This document shows, in pieces, positions 8,404 through 16,855 of a DNA stretch of 64,000 nt (its first letter is position 1; the number at the start of each line of letters is the position of its first letter). Origin of the DNA: Parcubacteria bacterium DG_74_3. GTDB taxonomy: Bacteria > Patescibacteriota > Minisyncoccia > Minisyncoccales > DG-74-3. Both the position numbers and the translations under genes were made by a program. Location: contig LJNG01000002.1 in NCBI GenBank assembly GCA_001302985.1, forward strand, positions 7,164 to 71,163, written 5' to 3'. A model generated the notes under the pieces. That model searched no databases. It was not told the origin of the DNA and worked only from the letters and a program-made list of their open reading frames with translations.

Positions 8404-8595
8404 CTATTGTTCGATGCCTGTTTCTTCTCCGGCCCATTTTTCGAGCTGTTCTATTCTCCGAAATTGGTACAAAGAGGCTACATCAACCATAACGTGATTT
8501 ATATAAATCAAAATTGCTGTTGCGGTCAGGGTAGCTACAAAAAAGGCAATTAGAAGATATTTCCAGTTGGTCTGAGCTTCTCTAAATGGCGTCAT
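8404..8595 (-). CDS. Hypothetical small membrane protein
   Basis: 63 aa with a single TM helix. ATG start. Confidence 0.3.
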   Translation of the reverse strand: MTPFREAQTNWKYLLIAFFVATLTATAILIYINHVMVDVASLYQFRRIEQLEKWAGEETGIEQ

Positions 8596-8780
8596 GTTGT
8601 TTTATTATTTACATTATATCAAATGGAGATGTCCGAGAAAACTGTACATAAACCTTTCGTTCAGGGTGAATTCTCAATCAATGACTCGCACTGAGTTTAC
8701 CGGAGTGCTCCGAGAATAAAACGCAATTTAACCTGTTTTGGATAAATTTTCTCCGTTTAGCCAATGTAGTACCAACCCTC

Positions 8781-8808
8781 TTGACTTATAAAAGATAACA
8801 GCTATAAT
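8781..8808 (+). promoter_or_regulatory. Putative sigma-70 promoter TTGACT-16-TATAAT
   Basis: TTGACT at 8781-8786 and TATAAT at 8803-8808, both read directly from the plus strand. Confidence 0.45.
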
Positions 8809-8879
8809 ATACTCAGACCGATAAGTCGAAGTATCTTAAGTAAGTCTTTAATTGTAAAATTAAAAGCCCAAACAAGTAG

Positions 8880-8916
8880 AGCGACTTAGAAGTCAGAAAG
8901 GTCGCTTTTTATTTTA
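8880..8916 (+). terminator. Rho-independent terminator-like hairpin (AGCGAC...GTCGCT) followed by TTTTTATTTT
   Basis: 6-bp GC-containing stem 8880-8885 / 8901-8906, then a T-run. Lies ~65 nt downstream of the promoter above and ~20 nt upstream of the ATG at 8935. Confidence 0.5.
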
Positions 8917-8934
8917 GTCACATAAAAATCTAAT

Positions 8935-9120
8935 ATGGCTTTTAAAAAATTTGAACGTAAACCGAGCGAAGGGTTTGAACGTAAAATGTATCAGGGAGAT
9001 TGGACCTGCGCTGATTGTGGAACGAAAATTACTGAACTTCCTTTTCAACCCTCGCCGGATCGACCCATTTACTGTAGAGAGTGCCACGCCAAAAGAAGAG
9101 GTCAAAGATTCCAAAGATAG
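8935..9120 (+). CDS. Small zinc-ribbon protein (CxxC-x17-CxxC)
   Basis: 61 aa: MAFKKFERKPSEGFERKMYQGDWTCADCGTKITELPFQPSPDRPIYCRECHAKRRGQRFQR. Followed by a strong terminator. Confidence 0.45.
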   Translation: MAFKKFERKPSEGFERKMYQGDWTCADCGTKITELPFQPSPDRPIYCRECHAKRRGQRFQR

Positions 9121-9130
9121 TCTAGAACGG

Positions 9131-9165
9131 AAAAGCCCCGCAATAATCTTGCGGGGCTTTTGATT
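9131..9165. terminator. Bidirectional rho-independent terminator
   Basis: AAAA-GCCCCGCAA-taatc-TTGCGGGGC-TTTT. Sits between convergent genes at 8935..9120 (+) and 9219..10253 (-). Confidence 0.65.
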
Positions 9166-9218
9166 TTATCAAAAACCCTAGGAATTTCCTGAAAAATTTC
9201 CCAGGTTCAGATAACAAT

Positions 9219-10253
9219 TCACCAATAAACATCTTCAAAGGTTCCCACGCCATTACCCACATCATCCAAGGTAATCAGTCTACCCTTACTTTTGAGATTA
9301 AGCTCTTTGGGTATCACGGCGTATTCATTATACACCAGTGAACCACCGCCTCTTGCAATGAATTGTTTTCTTGTATAAGTTTCTAATACAATTTTGAAAT
9401 CTTTATCGTTATCTCTACCTTCGACTATCCATAATAGCGTATCGCCTTTTCTTTTTGATATTTTCAATCTTGGATTATTAAACTTAATAATTTCACCATT
9501 CTTATAATCATAAAAATCTAAGGAACTATGGAAATATTTTCTTGAATTTTCACCAATTTTAATACAGAAAAATCTTACCATAGCACTATTTTGGAATAAT
9601 ACTCTTCCCCAGTGCCAAGGTCCGAGCATTGTCACGCCAACAACTTTTTGCAGATGTCCTGTCCCCCTGAACCTTTTTCCCAATACAACGCCATCAACCT
9701 CTGAGTAAATGTTCACACAACCCGCACCAAAAGGAGGCATGAAAGCGCCAAATGCTTCTTTATTATGGAAGTGCTTTGTTTTTCTGATATTCAAGTTAAT
9801 GGCATCGTCTATCTTTAGCCTGTAATTTGGAAAGCTACCACTAAATGTCATCTCTTGGCCCGAGATTTCAGAAAATATCGATTTGGCTTGAATTTCTGTA
9901 ATAGCATTTGTGTCTCCTAAATCGTGGAGTCTTTTTCCATCATATACCCAACCAGTAGTGACGGCTTGAAATTTGTTTTTTCCTAAATTTCTAAGTATTA
10001 TCTCTTTATCGTTAAACAGCATTTTCTTTCCATGTTTTCTAAATATCATTAACATCACTTGTGCAGGTTTTTCTTCACCTTGTCCGAAAAAAAGAAACCA
10101 CCAATATTCTTTTCCTAAAGGAGGTAATGTTTCGGAATTATATATTACCCGATCTAATAATGCCTCGTTAACATTCGGACCATTTATGGCAGAAAGTTTT
10201 CGTATGAGACCATATGTCTCACGGATTTTTTTAATTTTATTAACATCAATCAT
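9219..10253 (-). CDS. Hypothetical protein (344 aa), no family recognised
   Basis: Long ATG-initiated ORF with globular, non-repetitive composition. Preceded by a structured GC-rich leader region. Confidence 0.5.
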   Translation of the reverse strand: MIDVNKIKKIRETYGLIRKLSAINGPNVNEALLDRVIYNSETLPPLGKEYWWFLFFGQGEEKPAQVMLMIFRKHGKKMLFNDKEIILRNLGKNKFQAVTTGWVYDGKRLHDLGDTNAITEIQAKSIFSEISGQEMTFSGSFPNYRLKIDDAINLNIRKTKHFHNKEAFGAFMPPFGAGCVNIYSEVDGVVLGKRFRGTGHLQKVVGVTMLGPWHWGRVLFQNSAMVRFFCIKIGENSRKYFHSSLDFYDYKNGEIIKFNNPRLKISKRKGDTLLWIVEGRDNDKDFKIVLETYTRKQFIARGGGSLVYNEYAVIPKELNLKSKGRLITLDDVGNGVGTFEDVYW

Positions 10254-10438
10254 AATTATTAAGATTTACACCAGGTCGCCGCTAGACCTTCTTGGTCCGA
10301 CATGGTTTTATCATTATTAATATATCACAAAAACCTGAGAAAAATTCTCGGGCAAGCGAGCTCCGGTAGTCGGTCTCGAACCTGTGGTTTAGAGGAAAAA
10401 TTGGAGGTTTTTGAGGGTTTCCCATAACGCGTCTCGGT

Positions 10439-10505
10439 CCTCCTTCGCCCTTCCGTAGCCCCGCAATGGCGGGGCGGAGGAGGGCTTCGTCAAGACTACG
10501 GAAGG
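10439..10505. other. GC-rich nested-helix / pseudoknot-capable structured element
   Basis: Perfect 10-bp helix CCTTCCGTAG (10449-10458) / CTACGGAAGG (10496-10505). It encloses the hairpin CCCCGC-aatg-GCGGGG (10459-10474). An alternative 11-bp pairing CCTCCTTCGCC / GGCGGAGGAGG also exists. Strand of function unknown. Confidence 0.35.
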
Positions 10506-10544
10506 ATAAATCGGAGCTATTTTAAGCTAAACTTAGAAAGTATA

Positions 10545-10575
10545 AAAGGGAAATGAAAAAATCCCCTTAGAGGGA
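10545..10575. terminator. Weak bidirectional terminator-like hairpin flanked by A- and T-runs, downstream of the RRM gene
   Basis: AAAAAATCCC-cttaga-GGGATTTTT. Confidence 0.35.
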
Positions 10576-10588
10576 TTTTTCCAAAATT

Positions 10589-10915
10589 CTAATAGCGATT
10601 TCTTCGGTCTCCCCTAAATCCTCTTCGCTCTTCGCGGCCAAACCCACCTCTTCGAGGAGGACGAGACTCTAAAGGCCTAGCTTCGTTTACAGTAATGCTT
10701 CTTCCGTCAATCTCTTTGCCGTTAAGCATTTCAATCGCTTTTTTAGCTTCTTCTTCGGAAGACATCTCAACAAAACCAAATCCTTTTGATCGGCCGGACA
10801 TTTTATCGGTAATCACAGTCACCGATTCAACGGTCCCGGCTTGGGAAAAAGTCTTTTTTAAAGTCGTTTCGGTGGTTTCGTAAGATAACCCTCCGACAAA
10901 TAATTTTTTTGTCAT
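10589..10915 (-). CDS. RNA-binding protein with RRM domain and Arg/Gly-rich C-terminal tail
   Basis: RNP-2 LFVGGL and RNP-1 KGFGFVEM. Tail RRGGFGREERRGFRGDRRNRY. Confidence 0.8.
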   Translation of the reverse strand: MTKKLFVGGLSYETTETTLKKTFSQAGTVESVTVITDKMSGRSKGFGFVEMSSEEEAKKAIEMLNGKEIDGRSITVNEARPLESRPPRRGGFGREERRGFRGDRRNRY

Positions 10916-11032
10916 ATTTGTTCCTTAATAATTTATTAATGAGTAAGCCGACCGACTATTTTTTCTCCTTCAGGACTTACATAATTAATAAAATATGTAA
11001 GGAAGGGAAATTTAATAGAAACTTACCTCTAT

Positions 11033-11061
11033 ATAATAATCTATTGTTATAAAAACGTCAA
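11033..11061 (-). promoter_or_regulatory. Putative sigma-70 promoter TTGACG-17-TATTAT upstream of the RRM protein gene
   Basis: Read on the minus strand. Leaves a ~110-nt 5' leader. Confidence 0.35.
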
Positions 11062-11417
11062 GATTGAATAAATTTATTTATTTCTGTGTCTTTTTAAAAA
11101 TCGTCTGTGTCTTGTTTTATTTCTGTAATAATTTTTATTCTTTTTATTTTTCATAATCTATCTAGTCAAATTTATACTTTCTTTTTATCCCACGACACAG
11201 AAATAAGCCATAAAATAAACGGTCTCCTGAGTTTATCTATAGACCAATTATCATCCTTAAAAAGCGATGCTTTTTCTATTCTGAAACGAGAAAGCAAAGA
11301 AATAGTAGCTCTCAAGTTTACGGGAGACAACCTATTATGCTCCTCTAAAAACTCCTCTTTTTTTAAGTGTAGGTTTGTAAGTTTTTTAACCTTTTTGAAT
11401 CTTGGAATCATATTTTG

Positions 11418-11452
11418 CAAATAAAAAGCAACTCCTTATAACGGTGAGTTGC
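11418..11452 (-). terminator. Rho-independent terminator GCAACTC-loop-GAGTTGC followed by a U-run (minus strand), downstream of tRNA-Asn
   Basis: 7-bp perfect stem 11428-11434 / 11446-11452. The minus-strand T-run is TTTTTATTT. Confidence 0.5.
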
Positions 11453-11618
11453 AAATAGTATTATTGAGTATTTTCCTTAATGATAATCTGGTAACTATTT
11501 GTAGTCCAAAACTCTCAGAATCTCTATTTTCATCATACATCCTTTCTTTTTAGAAAGCAAGCCCGAGAGAAAAACTCGGGTTAGGACGTCTCGGTCGCTC
11601 GAACCGAGCACAAGCCTG

Positions 11619-11690
11619 CTCCGGGAGAGGGATTCGAACCCCCGACCCTCGCCTTAACAGGGCGCCGTTCTACCGCTGAACTATCCCGGA
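11619..11690 (-). tRNA. tRNA-Asn (anticodon GTT)
   Basis: Manual fold: acceptor TCCGGGA/TCCCGGA, D-arm GTTC-AGCGGTA-GAAC, anticodon loop CTGTTAA, T-arm GGGGG-TTCGAAT-CCCTC, discriminator G. CCA not encoded. Confidence 0.85.
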
Positions 11691-11725
11691 TTGATAATAA
11701 ATAATAACTAATTATTTATCAGGAA

Positions 11726-12925
11726 TCAATATCCTTTCAGTTTTTTCAATTTTTGATGTTCTCGAATTTTTTCAAGGGATTTGGCTTCAATCTGACGAAT
11801 TCTTTCTCGGGTTACTCCAAAAACCTGACCTACTTGCTCTAAGGTGTGGGTAACTCCATCTTTAAGACCAAATCTCATTGATAATATCTTTTGTTCTCTG
11901 GGAGTTAAATCAACCAGAATTTCTTGAAGTCTTCCCCGCAATAGAGTTCTGGCTGCTTTCAAAGAGGGAGGGATTTCTTTTTCATCTTTTATAAATTTGA
12001 GTAAAACACTATCTTCTTCTTCCCCTACTGGCGTTTCCAGAGAAATAGTTCTTTGGGCAATGCTCATTATGTGGTGAACTTTATCTATTTCAAGGCCCAT
12101 TTCGGCTGCAATCTCATCGGGCAAAGGTTCTCTGCCCAACTCTTTTAAAAGTCGACGTCTCACCTGGGTGTACTTGGAAATGGTTTCTATCATATGGACG
12201 GGAATTCTTATAGTTCGCGCCTGGTCAGCCAGGGACCTGGTAATAGCCTGTCTTATCCACCAGGTGGCATAAGTTGAAAATTTATATCCTCTTCTCCAGT
12301 CGAATTTTTCTACTGCCCGAAAAAGACCCAAGTTTCCCTCCTGAATTAAATCTAGAAGGGTCATGTTGGGAGACCTCCCAATATATCTTTTGGCAATGGA
12401 AACTACCAGCCTGAGGTTAGCTCGAGCCAGTTCTTTCTTTGCTTCTTCGTCTCCCTTTTCGATTCTTTTGGCTAATTCTTTTTCTTTATCCGGAGTAATT
12501 AAGGAATAGGAGCCAACCTCTTTTAGATACATTTGCACCGGATCAATTGTTCGGGCTTCTAAAAACCTTTTTTTCTTTGGTTTCTTGGTAATCTCCAAAA
12601 ATTCTCTGGCTTCTTTTACTTCTATACCCATTTTTTCTAATTCTTCGTAAAGCCCCTCTAGTCCCTCAACATCTTTCTCTACAGCAGGAAATAAATGCAA
12701 AATTTCAGAGAAGGTCACAAATCTGCGCTCTTTTCCTTTTTCAAAGAGTTCCTTAAGTTTTTCAGGAGAAAAAACAAAAACTTTCCTCGCTTTTGGTTTT
12801 TTCTCTCTGATTTTTTTCTTTTTAATCTTTCCTTTTTTCAGCGCCTTCTTTTTCACCCTTTCTTTACGAATCTTTCTGGTGTCTTTTCTTTTTCGAGAGA
12901 TTTTCTTTTTGCTTATTTTTCTCAT
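11726..12925 (-). CDS. rpoD: RNA polymerase primary sigma factor (sigma-70 family) with Lys-rich N-terminal extension
   Basis: Region 2 motifs [38 protein letters not shown]. Region 4 [27 protein letters not shown]. Immediately downstream of dnaG. Confidence 0.9.
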   Translation of the reverse strand: MRKISKKKISRKRKDTRKIRKERVKKKALKKGKIKKKKIREKKPKARKVFVFSPEKLKELFEKGKERRFVTFSEILHLFPAVEKDVEGLEGLYEELEKMGIEVKEAREFLEITKKPKKKRFLEARTIDPVQMYLKEVGSYSLITPDKEKELAKRIEKGDEEAKKELARANLRLVVSIAKRYIGRSPNMTLLDLIQEGNLGLFRAVEKFDWRRGYKFSTYATWWIRQAITRSLADQARTIRIPVHMIETISKYTQVRRRLLKELGREPLPDEIAAEMGLEIDKVHHIMSIAQRTISLETPVGEEEDSVLLKFIKDEKEIPPSLKAARTLLRGRLQEILVDLTPREQKILSMRFGLKDGVTHTLEQVGQVFGVTRERIRQIEAKSLEKIREHQKLKKLKGY

Positions 12926-14691
12926 AAAATTTGCCTAGTCCAATAATTAAATTCTTCAATTAGTTTTTCGCATTTTTTCATATCTTTATTTCCTTCGGCC
13001 TCTTTTATGTTCTGGGAAATATTGTTTAATTTCTTTTTTATCTCTAGGGACTTAAGTTCTTTTAAGCAATTTGTGAATTCTTCTTCCATCTCTTCTATTT
13101 CTGGCTCAACTTCGGCCTTTAAAGAAAGGTAATTGAAGAAATCGGAAAGGGAGAGGGGAATTTTTTCTTTCTTCTTGAGACAGGAAATAATCTGCGAGAC
13201 GTTGGCAGAAAAGAATTCAAGGTTTTCTTTGGAGATAGAATTAATAAGGAGTTGAGATTTCATAATTAAGATAAGCAATCTTTCTTCGAGAAGTTCTTTT
13301 CTTGATTTCTGGGGAAGGGTTTCTAACTCCTGGACCTCTAAACCAAAAGCTTCTTCTTCTAATTTCACTTTTTTTAATTCTTCTCTAACCGCTCCCTCTC
13401 CCACTTCTAATTGTTTAGCCAGTTTTTGTATCCAAAAAGATTGCTCAATTTTATTTGGAATTCTTTTTATAACCGGTAAGAGAACTTTTGATATTTCTCT
13501 TTTTCCTTCAGGGGTTTTAGAATTTTTTTTAGAAAGAGTGGTTTCAAAATAAAAATCCAAAATTGAGCGAGCATTATCAATCAGTTTTGTAAAATCCTCC
13601 GGGTTTTCTGAGATTACATCGGCCGGGTCCTTACCTTCGGGAAGAAGAATAACTTTTAGATTAAACCCCTTAACTTGGGCTAAATCTATCCCTCTTTTGG
13701 TAGCCGTGTCTCCAGCAATGTCCATATCAAAGCCTAAAAAGAGATTATCAGAATATCTTTTTAGGAAAATTAATTGAAAGGGAGTAAGGGCAGTACCCGA
13801 GGTAGCTACGGTGTTTTCCATTTCTGCCTGATGGGCCAGAATTACATCGGTATATCCCTCAACCAACATACAAAAGTCTTTTTTTCTAATCTCTACTTTT
13901 GCCCTGTCTAAGCCGTAGAGAACTTTACCCTTGTCATACAAAAGAGTATTGGGAGTATTAATATATTTCGCCACGTCTTCTTTTTTAAATATCCTTCCCC
14001 CAAAACCAATAACCTGCGAGTTTAAATCAAAAATTGGAAAAATAATTCTTCCCCGAAAACGGTCGTAATACGAACCTTTTTCGCCTCTAATAGATAATCC
14101 TGCCTTTTCGATTTCTTCTCGTTTGTATCCTTTGGAAACTAAAAAATCAGATAAACCTCGCCAGACTTCCGGCGACCAACCAAGTCTCCATTTTGTTAAA
14201 GATTCTTCTTTTATCCCCCGTCCCAAAAGATACTCTTTTACCTCTTGACCCTTTGAGCTTCCGGTCAATTGCCTTTCAAAAAAACGGGTAGATAATTCAC
14301 AAATCTCGTAAAGTCTTTGTCTTTCTGTTTTCAGTCTGGGGTCAGGTTTTTTTAGCTCAACCCCTGCTCTTTGGGCTAAAATTCGCAAGGCATCACCAAA
14401 CTCTACGCCCTCAATTTCTTTAATAAAAGCAAAGATGTCTCCACCTTTTTGGCAACCAAAACAATGCCAGATTTGGCGAGTCGGACTTACAAAAAAAGAG
14501 GGGTTTTTTTCTGAATGAAAAGGACAGAGGGCCCGAAAATTAGCTCCGGCTTTTTTTAGTTTAATATAGCTTCCGATAACCTCAACTATATTCAATCTGT
14601 TTTTAATTTCATCGATGGGGGAATTTAACACACTGATGGCAAAATCTTCTAAATCTGATATAATATTATCAGAGATTGAACGCTTAATCAA
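12922..14691 (-). CDS. dnaG: DNA primase
   Basis: Zinc-binding [11 protein letters not shown]...CFGC. TOPRIM EGYTDVI. Apparent TTG start at 14691. 4-nt overlap with rpoD. Confidence 0.85.
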   Translation of the reverse strand: MIKRSISDNIISDLEDFAISVLNSPIDEIKNRLNIVEVIGSYIKLKKAGANFRALCPFHSEKNPSFFVSPTRQIWHCFGCQKGGDIFAFIKEIEGVEFGDALRILAQRAGVELKKPDPRLKTERQRLYEICELSTRFFERQLTGSSKGQEVKEYLLGRGIKEESLTKWRLGWSPEVWRGLSDFLVSKGYKREEIEKAGLSIRGEKGSYYDRFRGRIIFPIFDLNSQVIGFGGRIFKKEDVAKYINTPNTLLYDKGKVLYGLDRAKVEIRKKDFCMLVEGYTDVILAHQAEMENTVATSGTALTPFQLIFLKRYSDNLFLGFDMDIAGDTATKRGIDLAQVKGFNLKVILLPEGKDPADVISENPEDFTKLIDNARSILDFYFETTLSKKNSKTPEGKREISKVLLPVIKRIPNKIEQSFWIQKLAKQLEVGEGAVREELKKVKLEEEAFGLEVQELETLPQKSRKELLEERLLILIMKSQLLINSISKENLEFFSANVSQIISCLKKKEKIPLSLSDFFNYLSLKAEVEPEIEEMEEEFTNCLKELKSLEIKKKLNNISQNIKEAEGNKDMKKCEKLIEEFNYWTRQIL

Positions 14692-14736
14692 CTAATTAAA
14701 ATAAACTTTCGCTCAGCTGGTGAAAGCCTTTCTTAA

Positions 14737-15774
14737 ATGAAAATAGCTCAAGTTGCACCTCTTTGGATTCCGGTTCCTCCTTATACTTACGGGGGTACCG
14801 AGCTTGTTATTTCCTGGCTCTCTGACGAATTGGTAAAAAGAGGACACCAGGTCACTCTTTTTGCGACAGGAGATTCAAAAACCGAAGCAAATTTAGTTCC
14901 CATCTGGCCAAAATCTCTATGGAGATCCAACTTAAACGCCCCTCATGCTGTTTTTGCCTTACTTTATAAAACTCTTTCTGATCTAGAGGGTCAGTTTGAT
15001 ATTATCCATGACCATTGTGAATTCTATACCTCTCCTTTCAGTAAATTTTTTAAGACACCGATTGTATCCACCCTACACCATCCGATGTACGAGGAAATGA
15101 TAATTCTCTTCAAAAAATTCCCTAAAATTAACTATGTGGCAATTTCAAAATCTCAGAGAAGAAGCGCTCCAGGGGTAAATTTTGTCAAAACCATCTATCA
15201 TGGTTTACCAACCGAAAAGTATCCCTTTAATCCAGAGCCTAAAGATTATCTTTTTTGGCTTTCAAAAATATCACCAGAAAAAGGAATAGCCGAGGCCATT
15301 GAGATAGCTCAAAGAGCAGGAGAAAAACTGATTATTTCTGGGGTCATACTAAAAGAGCATCAAGATTTTTTTGAATATAGAATAAAACCAATGATTGATG
15401 GGAAACAAATTCAGTTTGTGGGCGCTGCTGATTTTGAAAAAAAGGTTGAACTTTTCAAAAACGCCAAAGCCTTTTTATATCCCATTAAGAGACCCGAGCC
15501 CTTTGGTCTTGTTGTTATTGAGTCAATGGCCTGTGGTACACCGGTTCTTGCCTACAAAGCCGGAGCAATGCCCGAGCTTATAAAACATGGAAAAACAGGC
15601 TTTTTGCTAAATTCTCAAGAAGAAATGGTGGGGGCCTTAAAAAAGATTAATGAAATTAAAAGAATAGACTGTCATAGGCATATTTTAAGAAAATTTAGTC
15701 TTCAGAAAACGGTTAATAAATATGAAGCCCTTTATCATAAAATATTAAAAAATGAAAAAAAGAAAAAAACTTAA
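14737..15774 (+). CDS. Glycosyltransferase family 4 (GT-B fold), paralog 1 of 3
   Basis: N-terminal IAQVAPLWIPVPPYTYGGTE. C-terminal EPFGLVVIESMACGTPVLAYKAGAMPELIKHGKTGF. Confidence 0.75.
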   Translation: MKIAQVAPLWIPVPPYTYGGTELVISWLSDELVKRGHQVTLFATGDSKTEANLVPIWPKSLWRSNLNAPHAVFALLYKTLSDLEGQFDIIHDHCEFYTSPFSKFFKTPIVSTLHHPMYEEMIILFKKFPKINYVAISKSQRRSAPGVNFVKTIYHGLPTEKYPFNPEPKDYLFWLSKISPEKGIAEAIEIAQRAGEKLIISGVILKEHQDFFEYRIKPMIDGKQIQFVGAADFEKKVELFKNAKAFLYPIKRPEPFGLVVIESMACGTPVLAYKAGAMPELIKHGKTGFLLNSQEEMVGALKKINEIKRIDCHRHILRKFSLQKTVNKYEALYHKILKNEKKKKT

Positions 15775-16855
15775 AATTGCTCAAATTGCTCCTTTATGGA
15801 TTCCTGTGCCTCCAAAAAAATATGGGGGAATCGAAAGAATTGTTCACTATTTAACCGAGGAGCTAGTGATGAGGGGGCACGAGGTAACTTTGTTTGCTTC
15901 TGGCAATTCAAAAACTAAAGCTAAACTGGTATCTGTTTATCACAAGGGGCTCTTGGAGGGCAAAATTCCCTGGACAGACCCTTTCTGGAATTTAGAAAAT
16001 TTATCTCGCGCTTTCAGGGAAGCAGACCACTTTGATGTCATTCATTCTCATCTAGACCTCTGGACCTTATTTTTCCAAGAATTAACTAAGACACCCGTCT
16101 TACACACCTTTCACAACCCCCTTTATACTGCCTCTATTACTGACCCCAAAAGAATCCCTACTCGCCTCAAAATGTTTAATCTTCACAGGAAAACCAGCTA
16201 CGGGTGTTTTATTTCAAAATCTCAAAGAAAGCTTTGTCCGGTGAAGTTTCCCAGAAATTGGGTTGTTTATAATGGGATTGATTTATCGCTGTATAAATTT
16301 AACCCCAAACCAAAAGATTATTTTGTCTGGATAGCCAGAGTCGATCCCTATAAAGGAATTGAAAATGCAATTTTGGCAGCTAAAAAAGCCCAGGTCAAAT
16401 TACTTCTAGCCGGTCGTCTTGATCCCGGAAGAAAAGAATATTTTAGAAAGAAAATTAAACCCCACCTGTCTAATAAAATTAAATTCTTGGGCGAACTCTC
16501 CCAAGAAAAGTTAGCTAACTTTTATGGAAATGCCAGGGCCTGCCTTTACCCAATTGAATGGCAAGAACCTTTTGGTTTAATTATGGCCGAAGCTATGGCC
16601 TGTGGAACACCGGTAATAGCTTTTGACCAGGGTTCGGTTTCTGAGGTTATTAAAAATGGGAAAACAGGATTTGTTGTGCCATTTTTGGACAAAAAAGGCA
16701 AAAGAAACATTAAGGGGCTTGTCGGAGCCATCAGAAAAATTGACCGGATTAAAAGAGAAGATTGTAGAAACTGGGTAGAGAAACAATTTAGTTATCAAAG
16801 AATGACCGATGATTACGAAAAAATTTATTACAAAATTCTAACTTCCAAATTATGA
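15752..16855 (+). CDS. Glycosyltransferase family 4, paralog 2 of 3
   Basis: IAQIAPLWIPVPPKKYGGIE ... EPFGLIMAEAMACGTPVIAFDQGSVSEVIKNGKTGF. Start overlaps the end of paralog 1. Confidence 0.75.
   Translation: MKKRKKLKIAQIAPLWIPVPPKKYGGIERIVHYLTEELVMRGHEVTLFASGNSKTKAKLVSVYHKGLLEGKIPWTDPFWNLENLSRAFREADHFDVIHSHLDLWTLFFQELTKTPVLHTFHNPLYTASITDPKRIPTRLKMFNLHRKTSYGCFISKSQRKLCPVKFPRNWVVYNGIDLSLYKFNPKPKDYFVWIARVDPYKGIENAILAAKKAQVKLLLAGRLDPGRKEYFRKKIKPHLSNKIKFLGELSQEKLANFYGNARACLYPIEWQEPFGLIMAEAMACGTPVIAFDQGSVSEVIKNGKTGFVVPFLDKKGKRNIKGLVGAIRKIDRIKREDCRNWVEKQFSYQRMTDDYEKIYYKILTSKL

Noticed and set aside
8914-9163. Alternative ORFs 8914..9114 (minus strand) and 8951..9163 (plus strand) overlapping the zinc-ribbon ORF
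   Set aside because: The 8935..9120 frame gives a coherent CxxC...CxxC protein with an ATG start and ends right before the terminator. The others are frame shadows.
10254-10320. SRP-RNA-like CCAGGTC...GGTCCG segment
   Set aside because: Compared by eye with the 4.5S domain IV consensus (GGUCCGGAAGGAAGCAGC); the match is poor. More likely a 5'-UTR hairpin of the 9219..10253 gene.
10330-10395. T-loop-like GGTTCGAGA (minus strand) and a CTGAGA motif (plus strand) suggesting tRNA/tmRNA or a TPP riboswitch
   Set aside because: No acceptor or anticodon stems could be folded around the T-loop-like sequence. The CTGAGA is on the plus strand with no downstream plus-strand gene, and it lacks the other TPP-aptamer conserved blocks. 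Left as part of the unexplained structured region.
11107-11424. Overlapping small ORFs (11107..11424 plus strand, 11172..11420 minus strand) in the 700-nt AT-rich gap, with 11-bp inverted repeats ATTTCTGTGTC/GACACAGAAAT at ~11081 and ~11193
   Set aside because: The minus-strand ORF begins at a TTG inside the U-run of the rpoD/tRNA-Asn terminator and has no room for a promoter. The plus-strand ORF has non-protein-like composition. The inverted repeats are short and AT-rich. Kept only as a low-priority region.
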